Source of the DNA: Acidobacteriota bacterium
Lineage (GTDB): Bacteria > Acidobacteriota > UBA890 > WLXD01
DNA: 64,000 nucleotides
Direction: 5' to 3'
NCBI GenBank assembly: GCA_963666055.2
Contig: CAXWPH010000014.1
Location: 192,001 to 256,000 of the forward strand
Part shown: piece after piece, positions 50,098 to 61,179 of the stretch
Layout: each line of letters begins with the position of its first letter
Position numbering within the stretch: the stretch's first letter is position 1
Notes under the pieces: model-generated
What the model saw: only the letters and a program-made list of their open reading frames with translations
Told to the model about the DNA's origin: nothing
Databases searched by the model: none
Position numbers and translations under genes: made by a program

Positions 50098-51275
50098 CCA
50101 GATCCTCCGCCGGCCGCATCCACAGCCTTCCGCGCCGCCTCTTGAAGGGTTTCAGCAACCATGAACTCGAGCTCCGAGTTACGTAGGATCTCGCGCCCTT
50201 CCTCAGCGTTGGTGCCTTGGAGTCGAACCACGACGGGAACCTTCACCTCGACCGTGTCCAACGCCTCGATCACACCCTGCGCTACTCGATCGCCCCGCAC
50301 GATGCCGCCGAAGATGTTGATCAACACCGCCTTCACCTGCTCGCCCTTCATCAGGATTCGAAACGCGTTGGCGACGCGCTCGACCGACGCGCCGCCGCCC
50401 ACATCCAGAAAGTTGGCGGGGAATCCTCCGGCGTTGCTGATCTCGTCCATCGTGCCCATCGCCAACCCGGCGCCGTTCACCATGCAGCCCACGGTGCCGT
50501 CGAGCGCTACGTAGCTCAGAGAATGCTCCGATGCTTCGAGCTCGAGCGGATCCTCCTCGCTGCTGTCGCGCAACTCGGCCAGATCCGCATGGCGGTACAA
50601 GGCGTTCTCGTCGAGCACGATCTTGGCGTCGAGCACGATGACCTCGCCGTCCGGCCCGATCACCAGTGGGTTGATCTCAACGAGCGCAGCATCGAGCTCG
50701 TCATAGGCACGCGCCAGCTTCATGATCGTTGCAGCAACTCGGCGAGCCACGCGACCGTCGAGGCCAAGCCGGTAGGCGAGGCGCGCCGCCTGGAACGGAC
50801 GCAGCCCCCATCCGGGAACGCAGGGCTCCTTGAGAATCGCCTCCGGGTTGCGCGCGGCGACCTCCTCGATCTCGACGCCGCCCTCGGCGGATGCGATCAC
50901 CACCGGGCAGCGAGCCGACCGGTCGATGGTGAGCCCGAGGTAGAGCTCGTTGGCAATATCGGCGCCAGCCTCGATCAATACCTGGCGCACGAGCACGCCT
51001 TGGGGTCCGGTCTGTGGCGTGATCAGCGCGTTCCCCAGCATGGCTCCAGCGAATTCACTTGCCTGTTGCGGGGTGTCGGCAAGCTTGATGCCGCCGCCCT
51101 TGCCACGCCCGCCAGCGTGTACCTGAGCCTTCACCGCAAAGCGCGTTGCCCCCTCGGCGGCGAGTTTCTCGGCGACCTCGCGAGCCTCGTCGGCACTCGT
51201 CGCCACCGCACTCGCGAGAACGTTCAACCCGCGCTGACGCAGCAGCTCTTTCGACTGGTACTCGTGCAGCTTCAA
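50094..51275 (-). CDS. sucC: Succinyl-CoA ligase beta subunit
   Basis: (M)[43 protein letters not shown]; TTG start at 51275. Confidence 0.96.
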   Translation of the reverse strand: MKLHEYQSKELLRQRGLNVLASAVATSADEAREVAEKLAAEGATRFAVKAQVHAGGRGKGGGIKLADTPQQASEFAGAMLGNALITPQTGPQGVLVRQVLIEAGADIANELYLGLTIDRSARCPVVIASAEGGVEIEEVAARNPEAILKEPCVPGWGLRPFQAARLAYRLGLDGRVARRVAATIMKLARAYDELDAALVEINPLVIGPDGEVIVLDAKIVLDENALYRHADLAELRDSSEEDPLELEASEHSLSYVALDGTVGCMVNGAGLAMGTMDEISNAGGFPANFLDVGGGASVERVANAFRILMKGEQVKAVLINIFGGIVRGDRVAQGVIEALDTVEVKVPVVVRLQGTNAEEGREILRNSELEFMVAETLQEAARKAVDAAGGGSG

Positions 51276-51847
51276 CGCGTCGACAACGGATTGGGCCAAC
51301 GCCGTACAGCGGCCGAAGCCAGCAGGATCTTGAGGGAGTCGCCGGGGACGAACGGCGCCACACCCATCAGGAACGCCTGTACAGGCGACAGGTCCAGCAG
51401 CAGCGCAAGGTGGAGAGCTCCGCACGTGAGTATGATGACGGACGCGACCACCATCGAGCCCGCCGTGCGTCGCCAGGACTGCGAGCGCCCGCTCAGGAGC
51501 GTGCTGAGCACGATGGCCGCCACGAACCAGCCGAGAAGGTAGCCGCCGGTGGCGCCAGTGAACGCCGCCAGCCCGCCGCGCCAGCCAGACAGAATCGGTA
51601 CCCCCAGGATCGCCAGACCGACATACAGCACCAGGCCTGGAAGCACCGCGCGCCGGCCGAGCCAAGCCGCACCGACGTAGAGCACCAGGGTTTGCAGGGT
51701 GATCGGTACCGGGGTGAACGGCAGAGGAATACGGATCTGCGCGGCCACTGCCAGCGCCGCGGCGAAGGCAACCGAAAGCGCCAGCAAACGAGCCACCGAA
51801 ACCACGTCGTCACGAGCTCCGAGCACACTGGATTCAGCGGTGTTCAC
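51272..51847 (-). CDS. bioY: Biotin transporter BioY
   Basis: AQIRIPLPFTPVPITLQTL, G.P, TGGYLLG, GV.PFVPGD.LK. Confidence 0.92.
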   Translation of the reverse strand: MNTAESSVLGARDDVVSVARLLALSVAFAAALAVAAQIRIPLPFTPVPITLQTLVLYVGAAWLGRRAVLPGLVLYVGLAILGVPILSGWRGGLAAFTGATGGYLLGWFVAAIVLSTLLSGRSQSWRRTAGSMVVASVIILTCGALHLALLLDLSPVQAFLMGVAPFVPGDSLKILLASAAVRRWPNPLSTR

Positions 51848-51972
51848 GGCTGTACCTCCAACGGTTTCAACGGTAGCGAACACACCGATCAGTGCGGCTA
51901 CTGCGGGCAAGCAGCGAGGCTACCATGGCCGGATCGCGGGTCAAACAGCTCCCGATCCCCGGCTCATGTGAC

Positions 51973-52992
51973 CTACGCGACGGTGCGATGGACCGCCGGT
52001 GCGATGAGACGCAGCTGGCCCATGAGCCGTTCGAATTGCTCCGGATACAGTGACTGTGGTCCGTCCGACAGCGCCGCATCGGGGTCGTGATGCACCTCGA
52101 TCAACAGCCCGTCCGCTCCTGCGGCGAGCGCAGCGCACGCCAACGGCGGCACTTTGTCGCGGATACCGATCGCGTGACTCGGATCGCCGATGATCGGCAG
52201 GTGAGACAGCTTCTGCACGATCGGGAACGCCGAGACGTCGAAGGTATTGCGGCTGTACACCTCGAACGTCCGGATGCCGCGTTCGCACAGAATGACGTTC
52301 TGGTTACCCCCCGCCATGATGTACTCGGCCGACATGAGCCATTCCTCGATGGTCGCCGAGAGGCCCCGCTTCAGAAGCACTGGCGTCTGCTGCCGGCCGA
52401 GCGCCTTGAGCAACGCGAAGTTCTGCATGTTGCGCGCCCCGACCTGAAAGATGTCGACATATTCCGACATGAGCTCGATCTGCGGTGCGTCCATCACCTC
52501 GGAGATGGTCTTGAGACCCTGTGCGTCGGCGGCAGCGCGCAGAAAACGCAGCCCGTCACCACCGAGGCCCTGAAACGAGTACGGCGAGGAGCGTGGCTTG
52601 AAGGCACCGCCACGAAGCACCTGAGCGCCAGCGCCCGCCACGCACTCAGCGATCTTGTGGATCTGCTCCTCGCTCTCGACGCCGCAGGGGCCAGCCATCA
52701 TCACCACCTGCTCGCCACCGATCACGACATCGCCGAGCCGGATGCGGGTGCCCTCCGGTTTGAAGGAGCGGCCGACAAGCTTGTATGGCTTGGAGATCTT
52801 GAGGACCTCCTTGACGCCAGTGAGAACCTCCAACTCGCGAGGGTCGACCTCGACCGCCTTGCCACCGACCGCGCCGACGACCGTGCGCTCGACGCCAGAG
52901 GAACGGTGCGCGTCGAACCCCAGCGCCGTCAGCCGCTCGATGACGCGCTGGATTTGGACCTCATCGGCCCCTGATTCCATGACGATTACCAT
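51973..52992 (-). CDS. aroF: DAHP synthase (type I-beta, N-terminal regulatory domain)
   Basis: MVIVM.., MAGPC.VES, RGGAFKPRSSPYSFQG, GARNMQNF, CERGIRTF, DPSH; AGGAG RBS before ATG 52992. Confidence 0.95.
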   Translation of the reverse strand: MVIVMESGADEVQIQRVIERLTALGFDAHRSSGVERTVVGAVGGKAVEVDPRELEVLTGVKEVLKISKPYKLVGRSFKPEGTRIRLGDVVIGGEQVVMMAGPCGVESEEQIHKIAECVAGAGAQVLRGGAFKPRSSPYSFQGLGGDGLRFLRAAADAQGLKTISEVMDAPQIELMSEYVDIFQVGARNMQNFALLKALGRQQTPVLLKRGLSATIEEWLMSAEYIMAGGNQNVILCERGIRTFEVYSRNTFDVSAFPIVQKLSHLPIIGDPSHAIGIRDKVPPLACAALAAGADGLLIEVHHDPDAALSDGPQSLYPEQFERLMGQLRLIAPAVHRTVA

Positions 52993-53041
52993 ACCGGCTC
53001 CTGTACCGATCGCACTGGCTAGATCTGCCGCGATTGTTGAC

Positions 53042-53074
53042 ATCTTAGTGTCCTATTGAATCTTAGTGTCCTAT
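53042..53074. repeat. Tandem 15-bp direct repeat ATCTTAGTGTCCTAT x2
   Basis: Copies at 53042-53056 and 53060-53074; shares TAGTGTCCT with the 28824 palindrome. Confidence 0.75.
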
Positions 53075-53118
53075 GAGAGGTGTGTTGCGTTTGGCGAGCT
53101 CGTTGCGTTTCGTCAAGC

Positions 53119-53406
53119 CTACTCGACCCTTTGAAGACGGCGCGTCTCGTCGAGAATGCGCTCGAATACACGCCGGACTGCTGCGTCCTCTAGCGGTCCG
53201 CCGTTCGCCTCTACGGCGCGCCTGAAGATCTCCTCTTCACGACGCGGCTGATAGGTGGGCTCGTTGAGCACTTCTTTCGCAGCGCCGATACGTCGAGCAT
53301 ACTCGGCGCGCCGGTTCAGCAACGCCACAAGCTCCAGGTCGATCTCGTCGATGCTCCGCCGGGACTCGATCATCGTGTCGCGGGCACGTTCCGGGCCGGT
53401 GGTCAT
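53119..53406 (-). CDS. Chorismate mutase (AroQ)
   Basis: R..IDEID..LV.LLNRR...A..IG..K...YQPRRE..I, VF..I. Confidence 0.92.
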   Translation of the reverse strand: MTTGPERARDTMIESRRSIDEIDLELVALLNRRAEYARRIGAAKEVLNEPTYQPRREEEIFRRAVEANGGPLEDAAVRRVFERILDETRRLQRVE

Positions 53407-54230
53407 TCGCCCTCCCGCTTCTCGGTGCCGGTTGCCGCCAGTTCGTCGGCGGCAGCGCGTAGCTCCTTGACTATCGAGCCCACAGCGCCCGCCGGATCGG
53501 TAGCCTCGTCGATCGCGTCGATCAACGCGCTGCCAACGACGACGCCATCGGCCAACGGACCGAGCCGTTTGACGTGCTCCGGCGGCTTGACGCCGAAGCC
53601 GACGACGAAGGGCTTATGCGCCTGGCGACGGACGCGGCCGAGAAACTCAATCGTGCGCGCCTGCACATCGCCACGCGCTCCAGTGACACCCGTCACGCTG
53701 ACGCAATACGAAAAATGCGTCGAGGCCTTGTCGACGATGCCGATACGCTCGTCGGTGGCGTTGGGGGCCATGAGAAACACCGCTGCCAAGCCGTGCTGCG
53801 CGCAGCCGTCCCGGTACTCGGTGGCTTCCTCCGGCGGCAAGTCCGGAACAATCAACCCGTCAACGCCAGTTTCCGCGGCAGTGCGCAAAAACGCCTCGAG
53901 GCCAAAACGGAAGATCGGGTTGCAGTAACCCATGAGCACCAGCGGTAGCTCCGCCGTGTTGGAATCCGCACGCAGCTCCGCCACTACCGACAACACCCGC
54001 TCCACCGTCATGCCGTTGGACAGCGCCCTCTCGCTGGATCGTTGGATGGTGGGACCGTCCGCCAGCGGGTCGGAGAACGGCACGCCGATCTCCACCAAGT
54101 CTGCTCCGGCGGCGCTCATCGCATGCACCAGCGATACGGTGGAATCGAGTTGCGGGTATCCTGCCGTCACGAACGGGATGATTAGTGGCCTGGCACCGCG
54201 ATCGGCGAAGACTCGATCGATCCGGCTCAC
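53403..54230 (-). CDS. trpA: Tryptophan synthase alpha chain
   Basis: [48 protein letters not shown]. Confidence 0.97.
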   Translation of the reverse strand: MSRIDRVFADRGARPLIIPFVTAGYPQLDSTVSLVHAMSAAGADLVEIGVPFSDPLADGPTIQRSSERALSNGMTVERVLSVVAELRADSNTAELPLVLMGYCNPIFRFGLEAFLRTAAETGVDGLIVPDLPPEEATEYRDGCAQHGLAAVFLMAPNATDERIGIVDKASTHFSYCVSVTGVTGARGDVQARTIEFLGRVRRQAHKPFVVGFGVKPPEHVKRLGPLADGVVVGSALIDAIDEATDPAGAVGSIVKELRAAADELAATGTEKREGE

Positions 54231-55426
54231 TGGCCCGCCTGCCCACGGTGTTCGGCAATCGTAGCGACGTCCTTGTCGCCCCGCCCCGACAGGCACACGA
54301 TGACGTGGTGCTCTGGCCGCAACTCCCCGCGTTCCGCCATGACGAACAGGTGCGCGATGGCGTGCGCCGACTCCAACGCCGGGATGATCCCTTCGATCAG
54401 GCACACGCGATCGAACGCTGCAAGTGCTTGATCGTCGGTAATCGCCACGTATTCGGCACGCCCGCTGGCGTGCAGCCAGGCGTGTTCCGGGCCAACACCG
54501 GGGTAATCGAGCCCGGCCGATATGGAGTGCGCGACCTGCACCTGACCGTCATCGTCCTGCAGCAACAGAGACCTGGCGCCGTGAAGCACTCCAGGAGTAC
54601 CGGCCGACAGCGTGGCGGAGTGCTCACCACTATCGATGCCGCGACCGCCAGCCTCCACGCCGATCAGACGGGTGTCGGTTTCGATGAAGGGGTGAAACAG
54701 CCCGATGGCGTTGCTGCCGCCGCCCACGCAAGCTATCAGCAGGTCCGGCTGCTCAATGCCGTTGACGCGCAACTGCTCGGAGGCCTCGAGGCCGATGACA
54801 CGCTGGAAGTCACGCACCATCGTCGGGTACGGGTGGGGGCCGACCACCGACCCGATGATGTAGAACGTTGTGTCGACGTTGGTCACCCAGTCGCGGATCG
54901 CCTCGTTGGTAGCATCCTTGAGGGTACGGCTGCCCGAGGTCACCGGCACGACGCGCGCGCCGAGCAATTCCATTCGAAAGACGTTCAACGCCTGGCGGCG
55001 AATGTCCTCCTCCCCCATGTAGACGACACATTCCATGCCGAACATCGCCGCCACCGTTGCTGCAGCCACGCCGTGCTGCCCGGCGCCGGTCTCGGCGATA
55101 ACGCGCCGCTTACCCATGCGGCGAGCCAGTAATGCTTGCCCGACGGTGTTGTTGATCTTGTGTGCCCCGGTATGCAGCAGGTCCTCGCGCTTCAGCCAGA
55201 TCGTCGTGCCACCAACTTCCTCCGAGAGGCGTCTCGCCCGGTACAAAGGTGTGGGCCGACCGCAATAGTCGGCGCGCAGAGCCTCCAGCTCAGCCCGAAA
55301 CGCGCTGTCGGCGCGCGCCTCGCCATAGGCCCGTTCCAGCTCAATCACCGCTGGCATCAACGTCTCGGGAATGTACTGACCGCCGAACTCCCCGAAACGT
55401 CCCGCCGTAGTTGACGTCTCGCTCAT
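54227..55426 (-). CDS. trpB: Tryptophan synthase beta chain
   Basis: [54 protein letters not shown]. Confidence 0.98.
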   Translation of the reverse strand: MSETSTTAGRFGEFGGQYIPETLMPAVIELERAYGEARADSAFRAELEALRADYCGRPTPLYRARRLSEEVGGTTIWLKREDLLHTGAHKINNTVGQALLARRMGKRRVIAETGAGQHGVAAATVAAMFGMECVVYMGEEDIRRQALNVFRMELLGARVVPVTSGSRTLKDATNEAIRDWVTNVDTTFYIIGSVVGPHPYPTMVRDFQRVIGLEASEQLRVNGIEQPDLLIACVGGGSNAIGLFHPFIETDTRLIGVEAGGRGIDSGEHSATLSAGTPGVLHGARSLLLQDDDGQVQVAHSISAGLDYPGVGPEHAWLHASGRAEYVAITDDQALAAFDRVCLIEGIIPALESAHAIAHLFVMAERGELRPEHHVIVCLSGRGDKDVATIAEHRGQAGQ

Positions 55427-56055
55427 CGAAAGGGCTCCAGTGCCCGCGCGAAGGCGCGGATCAGTTGTGGATCTTTGAGTCCTGGCTGCGACTCCACACC
55501 TGATGACACGTCCACCGCCCAGGGCTCGACCCGTTCTACCGCCGCCGCCACTGTTTGCGGCGTCAGGCCGCCAGCGAGCATAATTCGTTGCCGCTGCGCC
55601 AACGCTGCCGCGGCCGACCAGTTGGCCCGCATACCGGTGCCGCCGTACGCGCCCTCGACAGCGGCGTCGATCAGCAGGGAGAAGTCGGAATACCGATCGG
55701 CTAGCTGCTGAGCCTGTGCCCCGGTTGTTTGCTCCTGCAGACGCAACGCCTTGAACGCGTGCCTTGGCAGGCGCGCGCAGATCTCGGGGTCCTCGTCGCC
55801 GGAAAGCTGCACGAAGTCGACGCCGACACGATCCACGACGGCGACCACCTCGAGTGGATCCGGGTCGACGAATACCGCGAACCGCCACGTCTCCTCGGGC
55901 AACTCAGCTGCGATCGCAGCGGCGCGGTCGACCGATACCGAGCGCGGGCTCGGCGGATAGAAGACAAATCCGATGGCGTCGGCGCCAGCTTCCACGGCGG
56001 CCAACGCTCCGACCTCTTCAGTAATTCCGCACACCTTCCAGCGCAGCGGCATCAT
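55423..56055 (-). CDS. trpF: Phosphoribosylanthranilate isomerase
   Basis: KVCGIT, GFVF...SPR, YGGTG, LAGGLTP, DVSSGVE. Confidence 0.95.
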   Translation of the reverse strand: MMPLRWKVCGITEEVGALAAVEAGADAIGFVFYPPSPRSVSVDRAAAIAAELPEETWRFAVFVDPDPLEVVAVVDRVGVDFVQLSGDEDPEICARLPRHAFKALRLQEQTTGAQAQQLADRYSDFSLLIDAAVEGAYGGTGMRANWSAAAALAQRQRIMLAGGLTPQTVAAAVERVEPWAVDVSSGVESQPGLKDPQLIRAFARALEPFR

Positions 56056-56846
56056 CCCGCTCCTTGCAACAGACGTTGCAGCGCGGTCGCAGGATCGGTG
56101 GCGCGCACCAGGCTCGTACCCACCAGCACGGCGTCATAGCCGGCGGCTCCGAGCTGGTGTAGCTCGGTGGCCGACTGGATGCCGCTCTCGCTCACCCGCA
56201 CGGTACCGGAGGGGAGCTGCGCGGCGACGTGGAGCGAGTGACGCCAGTCGACCCGCATCGAGCGTAGGTCACGGTTGTTGATGCCGATCAGGCCGCTTCC
56301 GGCTGCCACGGCGGCGCCGATGGAGTCCGCGTCGTGCAGCTCCACGAGCGCATCGAGCCGCAGCTGATGAGCAAGCGCCACCAACTCCTGCAGCGCCGCA
56401 GGCTCCAAGGCCTCGGCGATCAGCAATACTGCTGCCGCGCCGGCAAGAGCCGCCTGCTCGATCTGATAGGCGTCGATGATGAAGTCCTTGCGAAGCACCG
56501 GCAGCTCAACTGCTCCGGCCACACTGGCCAGGTGCGCCAGACTGCCGGCGAAAAACGTCTCTTCGGTCAGCACCGAGATCGCGGCGGCTCCGGCGCTGGC
56601 GTATTGCCGTGCCAGGTCCACCGGGTCAAACGGCGTCCGCAGCGGGCCCGACAGAGGGCTGGCACCTTTGACCTCAGCAATAACCGACACGCCTTCGCCG
56701 CGCAGCGCCCGGCGCAGCCGCCCCGCTGGGCGGCCTAGCGCGTCGCTATCACGAAGCTTTGCCTGCAGCTCGGCCTGCGGGGTCACCGCCCGGTCCGCAA
56801 CTGCCTTCTGGCGCGCTGCTTCGACGAGACGCTCAAGGGTAATCAT
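56052..56846 (-). CDS. trpC: Indole-3-glycerol phosphate synthase
   Basis: VIAEVK.ASP, ISVLTE..F.GS, LRKDFI, GINNRDL, SESGI. Confidence 0.96.
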   Translation of the reverse strand: MITLERLVEAARQKAVADRAVTPQAELQAKLRDSDALGRPAGRLRRALRGEGVSVIAEVKGASPLSGPLRTPFDPVDLARQYASAGAAAISVLTEETFFAGSLAHLASVAGAVELPVLRKDFIIDAYQIEQAALAGAAAVLLIAEALEPAALQELVALAHQLRLDALVELHDADSIGAAVAAGSGLIGINNRDLRSMRVDWRHSLHVAAQLPSGTVRVSESGIQSATELHQLGAAGYDAVLVGTSLVRATDPATALQRLLQGAG

Positions 56847-57861
56847 GACGCCGGCTCGCCGCTCGTGGAGGCCACTAATCGCTCCAGGGTCGTCGATGCC
56901 GCCCCGGTGTCGATCGCATTGGCGGCGGCTTCCACTCCTTGCACCAACGTGCCGGCAGCGCCGCCCATCTGCAGTGCCGCACCGGCGTTCAGCAATACGA
57001 TGTCGCGACGGGGCCCAGGTTCACCCGCCAGGACCGAGCGAACGATGGCGGCGTTGTCTGCCGCCGGGCCACCGGCGAGTTGCGGCGCGTGCGCGCGTGT
57101 AAGGCCCACCTGCTCGGGCGTCACCGAGTACGTCCGTACTTGGCTGCCATCCCATTCCGCCACTTCGGTGGCGCCCAGCAGCGATAGCTCGTCCATGCCC
57201 CCGGCACCGTGCACCACCATGGCGTGCGCGGCACCGAGTTGTCCGAGCACCTCCGCCAACGGCCGAACCAGCGCGGCATCGTACACGCCCACCACCTGGC
57301 GCCGCGCCCCGGCGGGATTGGTAAGCGGCCCGAGCAGGTTGAAAACGGTGCGCAGGCCGAGCTCACGTCGAGGCCCCACTGCATGCTTCATGGCGGGATG
57401 CTGTGAGGGGGCAAACAGGAACGCGATACCGGCGTCGGCGAGACTACGCCGCAGGCTCGCCTGGTCGGCAACGAGCGTCACGCCCAGAGCTTCTAGCACA
57501 TCGGCACTGCCACACTCGCTGGACACGGCGCGATTGCCATGCTTGGCGACCGGCACGCCGGCCGCGGCCGCCACCAGCGCCGCAGCGGTCGAAATGTTGA
57601 ACGTGTCCGCACCGTCGCCCCCGGTTCCGCAAGTGTCGACCAGGCCGCGCGTCTCCAGGTCGACGGGATTCGCGGCGCCGCGCATCGCATCCGCAAAACC
57701 GACAATCTCGTCGACCGTCTCTCCACGGATCCGCAGCGCCACCAGGAAGCCGGCAATCTGTGCCGGCGTTGCCTCACCGCGCATGATGAGCTGCATGGCC
57801 GATCGCGCCTCCTGGCGCTCCAGCTTCTCACCGTCGACGACTCGCGCCAGCAGCTCCTTGA

Positions 57862-57865
<4 letters not shown>
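56843..57865 (-). CDS. trpD: Anthranilate phosphoribosyltransferase
   Basis: DTCGTGGDG..TFNIST, KHGNR.VSS.CGSAD, RTVFN.LGPL.NP. Confidence 0.96.
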
Positions 57866-58460
<595 letters not shown>

Positions 58461-58464
<4 letters not shown>

Positions 58465-60011
58465 GAGACCACCTTTGAATCGGCGCCGGCACGCGGCCGC
58501 TGCGCGGCAGTGGCGGCATCAGCCCAGGCCAGCGCCTGTAGCGGAGCCGCCGCCTTCTCGTCGGTCTCGACCAGCTCGCGCTCGGCCTGCGAATCGATCA
58601 CCAGCCCGGCACCTGCCTGCACGCGCGCGATGCCGTCCTGCATGACGATAGTCCGAATCGCGATGCACGAGTTGAGGTTCCCGGCGAAGTCGCTGTACAG
58701 CACTGCACCGGCGTAGACGCCGCGAGCATGTTCCTCGAGCTCGTTGATAATCTCCATGGCGCGGATCTTCGGCGCCCCCGACACCGTGCCTGCCGGAAAG
58801 CCGGCAAACAGAGCTTCGGTGGGCGACACGTCGGCGCGTAGAGCACCGCGCACCGAAGACACGATGTGCATCACATGCGAGTAGCGCTCGACGCGCATGA
58901 ACTCCGGCACCTCGACGGCACCGTACTCCGCCACCCGCCCGATGTCGTTGCGTCCGAGGTCCACGAGCATCAGGTGTTCGGCGCACTCCTTCTCGTCGGA
59001 AAGAAGCTCTTCCTCCAAGCGCCGGTCGATCTCGGGATCGGCGTCGCGGCGCCTCGTACCGGCGATCGGGCGATTCTCCACCACCCCGTCCTCGACCCGT
59101 ACGAGCATCTCCGGCGACGAGCCGACGATGGCTGCCGCACCGGTGTCCAGACAGAACATGTAGGGCGAGGGATTGATGGCACGAAGGGCCCGATAGACCG
59201 TCAAGGGTGAAGCATCGGTGCGGCACTCGAGCCGCCGCGACAGGACCACCTGGAACACATCGCCAGCTCGAATATATTCGCGCGCGCGCTCGACCCCCTC
59301 ACAGAAGCGCTCGCGGGAAGGCTCCTCAATCGTCGACAACGCCGGTGCCTCGTCCGGCGCCACCGTATCGAGCGGCGCGCAAGGGGGCGCCTCCGCATCA
59401 AGGAGGGCCGCGAGTCGGGTCAAGCGCTTGACCGCATCGTCGTAGGCTCGCCGTAGACCGTCGGCGTCGTTCGGGTCCTCCACGTGGGCGTTGGCCACCA
59501 GCTTGATGCGGTGCTTCAGGTGGTCGAAGGCCAGCAGAGTGTCGTAGAACCCCATGTACAGCCAGGGCAATTCGTCTCCCTTCCGTGGGTACGGCACGCG
59601 TTCTACCCAGCGCACCGCGTCGTAGCCGATGTAGCCGACGCCGCCACCCGAGAAGGGAGGCGCTCCGGCCACCTCGGCGCCCCGATAGCGCGCTTGGACC
59701 GCCGCCAGGTTGGCCACCGGATCGCCCTCGAGCCGCTGCTCGGGGCCGTCCGCGGGACGCAAGACGAGCCCATCGGCATCACCCAGCAGCTCCAGGAACG
59801 GGTCGCCGCCCAGGTACGAATAGCGCCCGATGTGCTCGCCGCCCTCGGCACTCTCCAGCAGAAAGGGCCGGCGCACGTGCCCGACCAACCGCAGAGCGGC
59901 CGACACCGGCGTCAACAGATCGCCGATGCGCTCCATGTAGATCGGCACAACCGTAGCGTCGGCTGACGCCTCCACGAACCCCTCGAGGTCGGGATACGCA
60001 GTTAGCCCCAT
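58461..60011 (-). CDS. trpE: Anthranilate synthase component I
   Basis: LLESAEGG, GDVFQVV.S, NPSPYM, RPIAGT, EHLMLVDLGRND, PAGTVSGAPK. Confidence 0.96.
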
Positions 60012-60089
60012 AACCTGCGCTCGCGGACGCACATACACGAGGACCGTCGCCTCACGGCCAGCCTCCGGTTGGTTTCCGTTGGGGTGGAG

Positions 60090-60224
60090 TTACGCGCCGC
60101 AGGCGGGCCGCCGGTATCGCCCATACCAGTAGCCATCGCGCCAAGCGTGCGGTGCGGTGTGGACGAGGTTTGAGGGAGAGCCCGCGCACAACTCGCGGGT
60201 CAGGTTCGCAATGTCGGAACTCAT
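60090..60224 (-). promoter_or_regulatory. Candidate aromatic amino acid leader peptide (attenuator) for the trp operon
   Basis: GGAGAG RBS, 44-aa ORF ending ...AWRDGYWYGRYRRPACGA*, stop 78 nt before the trpE ATG. Confidence 0.5.
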
Positions 60225-60396
60225 CGCGCTCTCCGTCGTCATGGCTTCCGGGCACCCCGGGCGATCTTGCACGGATGTCGTCCGGAACGCTTGTCTCGCC
60301 CCAGTGCAAACGAGCCTAGCAACCGAGTCAGGCCGCGGTCAATCGCCGCGCCACAGTCACGGCGTGTGTTCGACAAAACCGGGGGTGCTGCCGGGC

Positions 60397-61167
60397 TCAG
60401 GAACCGAGGCTCGTCCAGAACGCCGTCAGCGCCATCGACAAACCCCACAGGGCGATCGCCAACGTCATCGCCGAGCCACGCTTCAGGCCGAGTAACTGTT
60501 GTCCGCCGATGACCACCACGGCCATCCACCAGAAGTTGAACACGTCGACACGCGCCGCCACCTGCGCCATCGCCGGGGAAAGCTCGGTGGTGTCGAGCAG
60601 CAGGCTGAGCCCCAGCGAGGGAGTCGACTGCACGAAGTCGGCCATGCGCCGGATCTCGGGCGGATCAAGACGCCAGACCAGGGTCACGAAGGCGGTGGCC
60701 AGCAGCGGGTGGATCACGGCGCCGATCGAAGCCACCGAAAAGCTGTGCGAGAACTTAGTCGATCCCCCCATGATGCTGGCACCGATCCAGATCAACGCGG
60801 CAAAGACGCCGACAGCCAGAATGATGAACAGGTTGAACCCGACCGCCCAGACCGGCGCCCATCTGTCCATCGTCTCGACCATGCTGCGGAGCTGTTCCGC
60901 TTCGATCTGCTGACCTCGCTGGGCCATTGCCTCGATCATCCCCACCCGCATGATCTGACGCGTGATCTCGAAGTTCACGACCCCGAGCAGCATCATCAAT
61001 ACGGTCAACCAGAGTAACGGCCAGCAAGCCAGCAACGGGCGCTCGGCGAGCACCTCGAACGCCTCAGTCGGGGCGAAGATAGCGTTCAGGGTGGGGCCGA
61101 AAACCGCTGTGAGTCCTCGTGCGGGCTCCGCATCGGACCGCTCGGTCGAGTCCACCATGTCGGTCAT
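60397..61167 (-). CDS. Yip1-domain membrane protein
   Basis: IF.P.EAF..L..RP N-terminus, about 5 TMs, DVFNFWW..VVIG. Confidence 0.75.
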   Translation of the reverse strand: MTDMVDSTERSDAEPARGLTAVFGPTLNAIFAPTEAFEVLAERPLLACWPLLWLTVLMMLLGVVNFEITRQIMRVGMIEAMAQRGQQIEAEQLRSMVETMDRWAPVWAVGFNLFIILAVGVFAALIWIGASIMGGSTKFSHSFSVASIGAVIHPLLATAFVTLVWRLDPPEIRRMADFVQSTPSLGLSLLLDTTELSPAMAQVAARVDVFNFWWMAVVVIGGQQLLGLKRGSAMTLAIALWGLSMALTAFWTSLGS

Positions 61168-61179
61168 GGCTACCTCCCT

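Noticed and set aside
51848-51880. BirA operator upstream of bioY (CAACGGT x2)
   Set aside because: A short direct repeat, not the TGTAAAC...GTTTACA inverted arrangement
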